Positions 1-7,403 of a stretch of DNA of 29,930 bases are shown here, in pieces (within the stretch, counting starts at the first letter, position 1; every line of letters starts with the position of its first letter). The notes beneath the pieces are model-generated. The model made no database searches and had not been told where the DNA came from. It saw nothing but the letters and a program-made list of their open reading frames with translations. Source of the DNA: a virus (Duplodnaviria > Caudoviricetes). A program made the position numbers and the translations under genes. The DNA lies in IMG/VR virus record IMGVR_UViG_3300017761_000750, positions 1 through 29,930 of that record; one strand, written 5' to 3'.

Positions 1-1332
1 ACCCTGCCCGTCGCGGTTGGATTGGGTCACCATGCCCTGACTGTCCAACGTGCCGGTGGCTTGCAGCAGCATCCGCTCAAAGTTCTGCGCCGTCGTCAGA
101 TTCGTCGGGTCAGTGTTGCCAAACTTGAACGGGAACAGAATATCAGCGGGCGGGCCATTGGTCAGCACAGCCTTACCCGGCTTGATCTCAAACTTAACCC
201 CACGCGGCAAGCGGGTAGCGTCCATCGCCATCATGGGCGAGGTGGTCAGCGCCAGGCTGTCCAAATGGCTGCGAATCTGCGCGTCAATTGCCTTCTGCAT
301 GTTGTAGGCTTTTTCAGCCGTACCGCGCCCCAACAGCCGATTCGGAACCGTATCGTCCTGGTAGAGCATCACCGGACGATCTTTCATCATGTACGGGCTT
401 TCTTCCGCCTTGAGCAGCACACCGTTGTTGGCGATCACCACAATCGCCTCAACCATGTCCGAGTATTCCTCGCGCTCGTAGTCGCTGTCCGACTCAAACA
501 GCTCAACTACATCCTTGTTGTCACCTATCTGTTTAAGCAACTTGCGCGGAACCAGCCCGTAGTACGTCAACAGCAGTACCTTGTCGTCCTGATACTGCGT
601 GATCTCTTGCGTAGGCTCCAGCCGGTCATCCTCATACGCCGAACCCACAGCAACCTTACGATACACACCCGCTTCCTGATTGCGGATGATCTTGTGGGTC
701 GCAACGTACTTCTCAACCCCAACACCCATGCAATCCTCAACGCTGGTGCCATTGGGGTCAAACAAGAAGTTCTTCGGGTTCACCGGAACGATCTTGACCG
801 CTACCCGATCTTTCTCGACCACACCCGTTGCAGCCGTACCAACCTCGCCGGGAATCGGGCGCGTGGCAGGCTCAAAGATCTTCTCAGTCGTGACCACGAT
901 CTCGCCAATGCCAGAGCCGTAGATCTCGGCCATCAACTCAATCTGGTCAATCGACTTGCGAATCTTGTCAACCTTGAAATCCTCCATGAGTTGAACCTTG
1001 ATGGCCTCAACGTCCAGCGGATTCCCATTCACATCCTTGATATCGTCCTGGATATCAAAGAACTCACCTTGCCCAAAGATCGCTTCCATGATCTCGGCAT
1101 GGCGCGTCTCAATGGCCTGCTGCGTGGCTGGCGTCACAATCCGGCTGCGCTCAGACTCCCGCGTCTTGTCCTCTGACGCCCACTCACCCCGAAAGATACG
1201 CTCGTACTCTTCCCACTTCTCAAGGAAGTTTGTGTCGCGGTAGTCGCGCCAACGATCACAGTGATCCATGACAAAAGCCACCAGCGCCTTGTCGTCTTGA
1301 GACTCCTGCGACTCTTCCTCAAATTGGTCCAT
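1..1332 (-). CDS. Portal protein (5' part; runs off the left edge of the window)
   Basis: Not in the ORF track because it is truncated. Read by hand from the ATG at 1332, which overlaps the terL stop (TGATG): MDQFEEESQESQDDKALVAFVMDHCDRWRDYRDTNFLEKWEEYERIFRGEW...GSGIGEI...NPKNFLFDP...GRGTAEKAYNMQKAIDAQIRSHLDSLALTTSP. Open for 444 codons, directly downstream of terL. Confidence 0.88.
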   Translation of the reverse strand, partial: MDQFEEESQESQDDKALVAFVMDHCDRWRDYRDTNFLEKWEEYERIFRGEWASEDKTRESERSRIVTPATQQAIETRHAEIMEAIFGQGEFFDIQDDIKDVNGNPLDVEAIKVQLMEDFKVDKIRKSIDQIELMAEIYGSGIGEIVVTTEKIFEPATRPIPGEVGTAATGVVEKDRVAVKIVPVNPKNFLFDPNGTSVEDCMGVGVEKYVATHKIIRNQEAGVYRKVAVGSAYEDDRLEPTQEITQYQDDKVLLLTYYGLVPRKLLKQIGDNKDVVELFESDSDYEREEYSDMVEAIVVIANNGVLLKAEESPYMMKDRPVMLYQDDTVPNRLLGRGTAEKAYNMQKAIDAQIRSHLDSLALTTSPMMAMDATRLPRGVKFEIKPGKAVLTNGPPADILFPFKFGNTDPTNLTTAQNFERMLLQATGTLDSQGMVTQSNRDGQG

Positions 1333-2591
1333 CAAACCCCCGCCACAATGTCAATCGGTTCCCATTCCTCGGTCAAATCCTCAACGAAGTAACTGGTCAC
1401 CGCCAACTGATCCATGTAACTCAGCGCATCCGGCAAATCATCATGCACCCCCTGCGCCGGAAACATCAACAACTGATCCGTGAAGTCGTCAAAGTCCTCG
1501 TCCTCATTCAGCACAATCTTCCCATGCTCGAACCGACCCTGCAAACCCCAAATAATCCGATCCGCCTTCTTCCTGTTCCCATGCGTCAGATCAACAATGT
1601 GGCAGTAGATGTTGTTGCTACGCATCAAATCGCTCAAGTACGGCAGCACCGCATTCTTGAGCGCACCCTTCTCAATCCCAATACTCGCCGGTCTATAGTC
1701 GCGAATCGTAGCCAGTAGTTTACCAGCGGTTTCCTTGATATCCCACCGCCCGTGCTTGATTTCCTTGACCCACCACGTTCCATCGTCGGTCACCTTCACA
1801 ATCGCAATGGCCGATTCGTCCAGCCGCTTCTTGGCGTGCGCCGCTTGCTTTGCCACTTCCTCAAAGCCCGCCAGATCGACCGTCACATACCAACTGCCGT
1901 CCTTCGGCTCCGGCCCGTACTTGAGCCACTCCTCGCGGAAGATGTCGCTCCCCGCATTGTTGAAGCTCGCCATGTACTCCTGCTTGAACGCAAAGGTAGA
2001 CATCGTCTTCTTCGCGCTGGCAATCTCGTCCGGGTCGATCATCGGATTGTCCGCCGTGGTGAAGTGCCACGACTTCCAGTCCGCGTCCGCCTCATCCTGG
2101 CCCAGCTTCCACAAGTCGTAGAACCAGTTCCGCCCCTTCGGCGTCCCCAGAAACAGCGCCCGGCCCTTCTTGTCCGACAAGGACGCCCGAATCACCTGCT
2201 CCCACACGCCAGCCTTGATGTCCGCCGTCTCATCCAGCACCGCAAAGGTCAAACTAACCCCCCGCAACGTATCCGGCCTGTCCGCACCCCGGACATAGAT
2301 CCGCGCACCATTGACCATCGTGATATCAAGGTTGTTCACATGGCTAGACTGGATCACCTCCCTCCCAAGCTCCAACAACGAATCCCAGATGATCTGCCGC
2401 GATTGCCCCATCGTTGGACTTACATACAGCACCGCCGACCCCGGCGGGCACTTCAGCGCCTCCACAATGAGCATGATCGCGCACAACCGCGACTTTCCAC
2501 ACCTTCGCCCCGCCGCTACCACCTTGAACCGCGTGGGACTGAGATAGACCTCTTTCTGCCAGTCTAGAAGTTGGAAGTTCAGGTCGGCCAT
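1332..2591 (-). CDS. terL: Terminase large subunit
   Basis: Walker A AAGRRCGKS, Walker B FAVLDE, coupling motif GTPKG, RNase H-like nuclease acidic motifs (VDLAG...DESA...HDDLPDALSY); 419 aa. Confidence 0.95.
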   Translation of the reverse strand: MADLNFQLLDWQKEVYLSPTRFKVVAAGRRCGKSRLCAIMLIVEALKCPPGSAVLYVSPTMGQSRQIIWDSLLELGREVIQSSHVNNLDITMVNGARIYVRGADRPDTLRGVSLTFAVLDETADIKAGVWEQVIRASLSDKKGRALFLGTPKGRNWFYDLWKLGQDEADADWKSWHFTTADNPMIDPDEIASAKKTMSTFAFKQEYMASFNNAGSDIFREEWLKYGPEPKDGSWYVTVDLAGFEEVAKQAAHAKKRLDESAIAIVKVTDDGTWWVKEIKHGRWDIKETAGKLLATIRDYRPASIGIEKGALKNAVLPYLSDLMRSNNIYCHIVDLTHGNRKKADRIIWGLQGRFEHGKIVLNEDEDFDDFTDQLLMFPAQGVHDDLPDALSYMDQLAVTSYFVEDLTEEWEPIDIVAGV

Positions 2592-3007
2592 TAGTTGTGC
2601 GCCGCGCCATTGATTGCGTGCGACTCGCCATCAATTGTTAGTGAGTGCTCGCCGTTAATGGTCTTCATCACAGGCTCAGGCGCTAGGTCCAGCGTATCCC
2701 CATTGATGCTAACGGTGTCACCAATGCCTGTGATCGAGATCGTTACCGCTGACCGAGCCGCTGCCCCCTTCTCAAACAAACTCACCGGCAACATACGATC
2801 CATACACAACTTGATCATAGCCGCCTGCGCCGGGTGATCATCGTTCATCGCAATCTGCAAAGCCTTCCCCACCACGTTCTGACCCGCTCCATCAATGAGG
2901 AGTCGCTTCAACTCCATGATCTTCTGGTTGTCAGACTTGGGCAGATAGACCTCGCCAGGCTTGTCGGCGAGTTTTTTCATCGAGGTGGCTGGTTTGGGTG
3001 TTTTCAT
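2591..3007 (-). CDS. Putative terminase small subunit
   Basis: About 138 aa helical protein whose stop overlaps the terL start (TAATG). ATG at 3007 preferred over TTG at 3013. Positional call. Confidence 0.6.
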   Translation of the reverse strand: MKTPKPATSMKKLADKPGEVYLPKSDNQKIMELKRLLIDGAGQNVVGKALQIAMNDDHPAQAAMIKLCMDRMLPVSLFEKGAAARSAVTISITGIGDTVSINGDTLDLAPEPVMKTINGEHSLTIDGESHAINGAAHN

Positions 3008-3040
3008 GTCCAAAGTCTACCTGAAAGAATTTGGTCGATT

Positions 3041-3056
3041 TCTTTCATATGAAAGA
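3041..3056. promoter_or_regulatory. Perfect 16-bp palindrome upstream of the packaging operon (possible operator)
   Basis: TCTTTCATATGAAAGA is its own reverse complement and lies ~35 bp before the terS start. Confidence 0.4.
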
Positions 3057-3070
3057 TTGTCCTTTGACAA

Positions 3071-3203
3071 ACATGTCCGGACACCCCCCGGACATGCACC
3101 AAAACAAATCTAATGTCCGGCATGTCCTTCCCTAGAGGGCTGACTCACAGAGGCGGACAGACATCCCCACTGTCTTTAGACAGGGGGAGTGTCCGTATGT
3201 CCG
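3071..3203. repeat. Element A: GGACA/TGTCC repeat cluster plus imperfect palindrome (origin-like)
   Basis: TGTCC at 3074, 3114, 3123, 3190, 3198; GGACA at 3079, 3090, 3155; palindrome CGGACA-GACA-TCCCC-A-CTGTCT-TT-AGACAG-GGGGA-G-TGTC-CGTA-TGTCCG at 3154-3203. Confidence 0.7.
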
Positions 3204-3353
3204 AATCGTACTTTCCTCCAGAATTTGGACTTGAAGCCAAGAAAAGTCAAATTGGCTTTTTTGGTGGGGAGGGGGGTCCAGCATTTTTGTCACGCAAGCC
3301 AGGCCCACCCCCCCCTATGTCGCGCTGCCGCATAGGCGTTGCATTGCCGCATT

Positions 3354-3407
3354 CTGACGATCCTGACAAGTCTGACAAGTCTGACAATGCTTACGATCCT
3401 GACAATT
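3354..3407 (+). repeat. Six tandem 9-bp repeats, consensus CTGACAAKY
   Basis: CTGACGATC CTGACAAGT CTGACAAGT CTGACAATG CTTACGATC CTGACAATT in exact 9-nt register. Confidence 0.85.
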
Positions 3408-3568
3408 TAGACGGCAAAGTGTCAAGAATTCGACATGCCTCCAAAACGCTCCAGGAACGCGTAGGAGGCGTTCTGCGCCTTCCGGGTAGGGTAGCCTCAC
3501 CGGGGCGGAGATCGTGGCTTGGGCGAAGGGAGGGAGGGCAAGGCGAGGATGGCGAGAGACGGCGCGTG

Positions 3569-3793
3569 CTATTTCCTGGCACCTGCCGTCCGTAAATCTA
3601 GTCTGATCGAGTTGACCGGCATTCCTGGCCGCCATCCAGCGCCATAGAACAGGCGCACAAGGTCAAGCATGTTGTGCCATCCCTGCACCGGGTCGCCGTC
3701 ACCTGCCGCCAGTAAGACGGCACGTTCGTCGTCTGTCACTCGCCGGTAGAAGTGGACGACATCAGGTTTTCCGCGCCGCTTCTTTTTGACCAT
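3569..3793 (-). CDS. Small hypothetical protein, basic N-terminus (possible DNA-binding protein)
   Basis: 74 aa ORF with ATG start, MVKKKRRGKPDVVHFYRRVTDDERAVLLAAG; the only plausible gene in the control region. Confidence 0.55.
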   Translation of the reverse strand: MVKKKRRGKPDVVHFYRRVTDDERAVLLAAGDGDPVQGWHNMLDLVRLFYGAGWRPGMPVNSIRLDLRTAGARK

Positions 3794-3837
3794 TGCCTAT
3801 TTTTTAATCAGTTGTTACTCATGTTCGCTACACGCCC

Positions 3838-3960
3838 AACTCACCCTACTCACCCCCAAGGCTTACGCCTTGGGAGGGTGAGGTTGAGGGTGAGGTTGAG
3901 GGTGACTTGTACCCTCACCCTGGGGTAACCCTTAGGGTACATTTAGGGTACTTAGGGTGA
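3838..3960. repeat. Element B: CTCACCC/GGGTGAG repeats around a hairpin, followed by TAGGGT repeats (origin-like)
   Basis: Core CCCAAGGC-TTAC-GCCTTGGG (3855-3874), with CTCACCC copies on the left, GAGGGTGA x3 on the right, then TTAGGGT x3. Confidence 0.75.
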
Positions 3961-3964
3961 CCAC

Positions 3965-3973
3965 TTATCCACA
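3965..3973 (+). promoter_or_regulatory. DnaA box
   Basis: Exact TTATCCACA next to element B. It is a single copy, so chance cannot be excluded. Confidence 0.5.
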
Positions 3974-4050
3974 GGTTGTAAGGTTTGTAAGGATGCCATA
4001 TTAGCCTCGATGGCGGTCATTCCTGTCAGATACCTGACAATATGTAACAG

Positions 4051-4102
4051 TTAGAAAAAATGTTAGAAAATGCTTGACATGCCGTGCGGTAGCTCATACT
4101 AT
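4051..4102 (+). promoter_or_regulatory. Strong sigma70-type early promoter P1
   Basis: TTGACA (4074-4079), 17-bp spacer, TACTAT (4097-4102); A-rich UP-like tract at 4051-4070. Confidence 0.85.
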
Positions 4103-4156
4103 CTCATCCATGGCGCGACCGGAATCCTCCGAATGCGCCGATACCTGGAGATGACA

Positions 4157-4336
4157 ATGGCAGCGAATGTGACGTTAGCAGGACGCGCCGCACGTCGAGT
4201 GCGGTTGCTCAACGAGTGGAAAGTTCGTGCGGGGTTGCTCTCCCGCAAGCAGCTTCGCCGCTGGGCGGAGCAAGTTCGGCAGGATTGCCAGGCCTGCCCT
4301 GAGGAATTTGCGACGTTCGACATCTTCCGCAAGTAA
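4157..4336 (+). CDS. Early hypothetical protein (59 aa)
   Basis: GGAG at 4147-4150, ATG at 4157 (MAANVTLAGR...). The track's upstream start lies inside promoter P1. Confidence 0.6.
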   Translation: MAANVTLAGRAARRVRLLNEWKVRAGLLSRKQLRRWAEQVRQDCQACPEEFATFDIFRK

Positions 4337-4389
4337 CCATCTGACACCTACCGGGCACCTACGGGTGCCCACTATCACAGGGGAACGAG

Positions 4390-4605
4390 ATGACCGAAGC
4401 ACAACTAGACGCCCGCGAAGTCCGCCGCATCAAGTCGGGAGATCGCCTCCACGCGCGCATCGACGCCAAGGAAGCCAAGGCGGAGAGCATGATCGGGGAA
4501 CTGGCAAGCGGTGCTTACTACGTTTTCCCAGTCGGCGGAAAGTATCGGCAAAGCCGATGCAAGGTTGATCTGATCTCGTTTTTGGTCCGCAACAATTACG
4601 TGTGA
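4390..4605 (+). CDS. Early hypothetical protein
   Basis: 71 aa, AGGGG RBS, co-oriented in the early operon. Confidence 0.7.
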   Translation: MTEAQLDAREVRRIKSGDRLHARIDAKEAKAESMIGELASGAYYVFPVGGKYRQSRCKVDLISFLVRNNYV

Positions 4606-4612
4606 GGGGATC

Positions 4613-4822
4613 ATGCGCTACCAATGGGAAGCGAAAGACATTAAGGCCGGAACGCGGTACACGCGCAAAGGCATCGAGGAAGTGCACATGGTCGGCTATT
4701 TGGCAGATCGCCTCGACCGGCAATATGTGTCTATCTCACTACAAGACGGCATGGTGCAGCCGTCACGCAGCGTTGAAGAATGGGCCGCAGTCTTGACGGC
4801 CGAAGGGTATGAGCCGCAATGA
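4613..4822 (+). CDS. Early hypothetical protein
   Basis: 69 aa, GAGGGG RBS. Confidence 0.7.
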   Translation: MRYQWEAKDIKAGTRYTRKGIEEVHMVGYLADRLDRQYVSISLQDGMVQPSRSVEEWAAVLTAEGYEPQ

Positions 4823-4861
4823 TCACCGTCACCCAAGCCGCCGCCCGCCCGGAGGAATGAG

Positions 4862-5161
4862 ATGACCGTCATTTACGAATGGGACTGCGAAGAAGTCACC
4901 GCCGACGAGGTCGAAGACGTTGTCGATCACTGGCACGACGACACTTTCGCCGCCGTGCTGGCCCGGTCGAAGACAGAGCCGCCGGAGGGCAGCGCGTACC
5001 GTGTAGTGCTTGTGCGCGACGACGACGACGGCAGATCGTGGGCATACCTCGATGACGCCGGCAGCCTGCCGGAATATTTTGAAGATGCCTCGTTCCGCAA
5101 GACGGCGCGCGTCCCGAAGCGTTTCGTCGCGGAGGCTAGACACATTCTGCGGATTAAATAA
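4862..5161 (+). CDS. Early hypothetical acidic protein
   Basis: 99 aa, GGAGG RBS. Confidence 0.75.
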   Translation: MTVIYEWDCEEVTADEVEDVVDHWHDDTFAAVLARSKTEPPEGSAYRVVLVRDDDDGRSWAYLDDAGSLPEYFEDASFRKTARVPKRFVAEARHILRIK

Positions 5162-5164
5162 CGC

Positions 5165-5194
5165 TTGACCCTTTCCTGGCAGTAGTAGTAGCAT
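5165..5194 (+). promoter_or_regulatory. Sigma70-type early promoter P2
   Basis: TTGACC (5165-5170), 18-bp spacer, TAGCAT (5189-5194), in an intergenic gap. Confidence 0.6.
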
Positions 5195-5252
5195 CAAAAA
5201 ACCAGCGCAACCCGCATACCGCGAACCGCGCCTAAATTTGGAGTAAGAAAGC

Positions 5253-5546
5253 ATGTCACAACGCATTACTTTAGCCTACCTGACCGCCGTTATTGGCCGC
5301 ATCAATCGTGCTATGGGTTCCCCATCCCATCCTTACATCAAGGGCGAAGACGGGCGCTATCGTAGGCAGATGGGCTGCTATCACCTGTCCCGACAATACG
5401 GTGGCTTTTGCCTTCACCGCATGGCGAATGAAGACGGTGGCGTTTCGGACGTGTTCCGCTGCGGTCACGTTCCGGCGCGTGATTTAGCGAACCGGATGCA
5501 CGCGTTTCTGGACGGTATCGAGGCGCAGACGGCGCGCATTGACTAA
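5253..5546 (+). CDS. Early hypothetical protein
   Basis: 97 aa, GGAG RBS, first gene after P2. Confidence 0.75.
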   Translation: MSQRITLAYLTAVIGRINRAMGSPSHPYIKGEDGRYRRQMGCYHLSRQYGGFCLHRMANEDGGVSDVFRCGHVPARDLANRMHAFLDGIEAQTARID

Positions 5547-5621
5547 GCCGCATTTCACGCAATGCCGATAGTCACCTGTCGGCATTACGGGAGAATGGAT
5601 CCCATATCTGGAGGCTAGAAC

Positions 5622-5789
5622 ATGCAATTCCGACCGATCAATCCGACTAATCCTATCTTCTACTTTGCATGCAATGCATGCGGCAATCGCACGGCTAGCA
5701 ATAACGGGCTGGCGGATATCGATGGCCCTGCGTTCCGGGCATTCTATTGCATCGATTGCGCGAACAAATCCGGAAAGGCTACGTCATGA
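5622..5789 (+). CDS. Small zinc-finger-like protein (55 aa)
   Basis: Below the track cutoff. GGAGG RBS; MQFRPINPTNPIFYFACNACGNRT...FYCIDCANKSGKATS has two CxxC motifs. Confidence 0.7.
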   Translation: MQFRPINPTNPIFYFACNACGNRTASNNGLADIDGPAFRAFYCIDCANKSGKATS

Positions 5790-5859
5790 CCCTGCAAACC
5801 ATCCTCACCCTGGCGTGCGCTATACGGGAGAAAGGATCCCATTACCTGGAGGCTAGAGC

Positions 5860-6174
5860 ATGCTGACATATACAGTCTACGCAACCCACAACAGCCCTGA
5901 CGCTCGCGCGGCAGCCGACTACATCAACCAACACGCGGAGGCTGGCGGCTACGCGCACGAATTGCGCGAAATCGAAAGCGAAATCGCGTCGTGCGCTCCG
6001 AGCATCCGCGAGGCGCTGGCTATCGAAACCCGTACTGTATGGGCAGCATGGATCGACGACGCAGAGGACGACGCTGTACCGTTCGCCGTTGCCGATGGTG
6101 AGGATGTTATTGAGGCGGCTGCGAGCGCATTGGGCAACCCAGCGCGCGACATCATTAACGTGCGGCGCGCTTGA
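5860..6174 (+). CDS. Early hypothetical acidic protein
   Basis: 104 aa, GGAGG RBS. Confidence 0.75.
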   Translation: MLTYTVYATHNSPDARAAADYINQHAEAGGYAHELREIESEIASCAPSIREALAIETRTVWAAWIDDAEDDAVPFAVADGEDVIEAAASALGNPARDIINVRRA

Positions 6175-6200
6175 CACGCCAGAATCTAACGCAGTACTCT
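6171..6200 (+). promoter_or_regulatory. Sigma70-type early promoter P3
   Basis: TTGACA (6171-6176), 18-bp spacer, TACTCT (6195-6200). Confidence 0.7.
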
Positions 6201-6251
6201 AGAACCTTGCGCTACCGGATGAGCCGAACGCGCACAACAGGAGGTAACAGC

Positions 6252-6506
6252 ATGATTTTCAACTATGAAGCCGATTGCGCCTGGGGCGAACGGCTGGACA
6301 AACTGACCGGCGAGTATCTAGCCATGATGTACGCCGACGATTCAAGCATCGAGGAAGCAATCAGCCAGAATGCCGACCTGATCCTGGCCGCCGTGCGTAA
6401 GTTGCACGAGGATCGTGATATGGACGCGTTTACCAAAGCGTTCGACTCGGCGGTGAACAGCCACCTGGAACCGATTGCCCGGGCTGCTGCGGAGCGTGCG
6501 ATATGA
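6252..6506 (+). CDS. Hypothetical protein (84 aa)
   Basis: AGGAGGT RBS, ATG at 6252 (MIFNYEAD...). The track's TTG start at 6171 is the -35 box of P3. Confidence 0.75.
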   Translation: MIFNYEADCAWGERLDKLTGEYLAMMYADDSSIEEAISQNADLILAAVRKLHEDRDMDAFTKAFDSAVNSHLEPIARAAAERAI

Positions 6507-6817
6507 GCGCGCACAAGCATACGCCGGGGCCGTGGTTTGTCGATAAATCGCCATCCACGCTGGGCGGAAACGGATTTACCGTGCGCGCTGGCGGGGCCAT
6601 CATCTGCACGGCATTTCCGGGCGCGTCAACGGACCGCATCGAGCCGGTTGCGGAACTCAACGCTCGCCTGATCGCTGCCGCGCCGAAGATGGCGGCGTCT
6701 CTGCGTGAGTTAATCATCGCAGCCGAAGCAGCCGGGTGGGACACCTACGCGCCGATCGCGCCGATCCTGAACGCGGCGCGAGCCGCCTACGCCGAAGCCA
6801 CCGGAGAGCAATCGTGA
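6503..6817 (+). CDS. Phage hypothetical protein with HTPGPW...NARLIAAAP signature
   Basis: ATGA overlap with the previous gene; the motif pair is typical of a widespread small phage protein family. Confidence 0.8.
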   Translation: MSAHKHTPGPWFVDKSPSTLGGNGFTVRAGGAIICTAFPGASTDRIEPVAELNARLIAAAPKMAASLRELIIAAEAAGWDTYAPIAPILNAARAAYAEATGEQS

Positions 6818-6972
6818 TCGTCATTATTTACATTTACAGCAACGAGACCGGCGAACGAGTCGACACGATCAACGGCGCAGATAACGTTGAGTGCGAACGC
6901 ATCGCAAACGACACGTGGGGCAGCAATGATTACTACTGGTCATATACAAAAGCCACCGGAGAGCAATCATGA
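6814..6972 (+). CDS. Small hypothetical protein (52 aa, GTG start)
   Basis: GGAG RBS, GTGA overlap; ends in the same ATGEQS as the preceding gene. Confidence 0.6.
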   Translation: MIVIIYIYSNETGERVDTINGADNVECERIANDTWGSNDYYWSYTKATGEQS

Positions 6973-7154
6973 CCCTACCGCCACTCAAGCCACTATCGCC
7001 AGACATGCAGGCTCGCTACCGCGAACAGGCAGAGTTACTGGCGCTGTGGGAGCCGAACGCCGAAAAGCTGGCCGATGCGTTGATGAAGGCGCATCAGATC
7101 GGCTACAGCATTGGACGTTATGCCGAATCTCTCGAAAAGGACGCAACAAAATGA
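6969..7154 (+). CDS. Hypothetical protein
   Basis: 61 aa, ATGA overlaps at both ends. Confidence 0.65.
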   Translation: MTLPPLKPLSPDMQARYREQAELLALWEPNAEKLADALMKAHQIGYSIGRYAESLEKDATK

Positions 7155-7387
7155 TCGACTACTGCACCCCCGGCGACCGCCTGGGCACAAGCCTGACCGC
7201 CAAGCGATCCGCTGCTATCGCGTACCTCCGCTCGCGCGGCAAGTACATTCTTGACCAAGACTGCAACTGGCAACCGACATGCGCGAAAGCGACCGACATC
7301 CGGCGGACCATGCGCGAGGCGAGCGCTGAGATGAGTGACCGTCTTACGTTGGGTGCGCCGAACGATTTTCGTAAACAAGCTGACTAA
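7151..7387 (+). CDS. Hypothetical protein (78 aa)
   Basis: AAGGA RBS, ATG at 7151 overlapping the previous stop (MIDYCTPG...). Confidence 0.65.
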   Translation: MIDYCTPGDRLGTSLTAKRSAAIAYLRSRGKYILDQDCNWQPTCAKATDIRRTMREASAEMSDRLTLGAPNDFRKQAD

Positions 7388-7403
7388 ACGAGAGGAAAAC
7401 ACA

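Noticed and set aside
22-1176. 384-aa plus-strand ORF (also 1752-2567 +, 8448-9326 -, 23309-24304 +)
   Set aside because: Antisense shadows of well-supported genes (portal, terL, ssb/exonuclease, ejection protein); no motifs and atypical composition.
3354-3407. Possible CRISPR array
   Set aside because: Units are 9 bp and contiguous, with no spacers.
3113-3635. ORFs 3113-3595 (+), 3315-3635 (-) and 3391-3582 (-)
   Set aside because: They run through palindromes, homopolymer tracts and the 9-bp array, giving low-complexity translations with no clear RBS; non-coding is more likely.
3932-3958. TTAGGG x3 resembling eukaryotic telomere repeats
   Set aside because: Not tandem, and explained as variants of the local AGGGT motif of element B.
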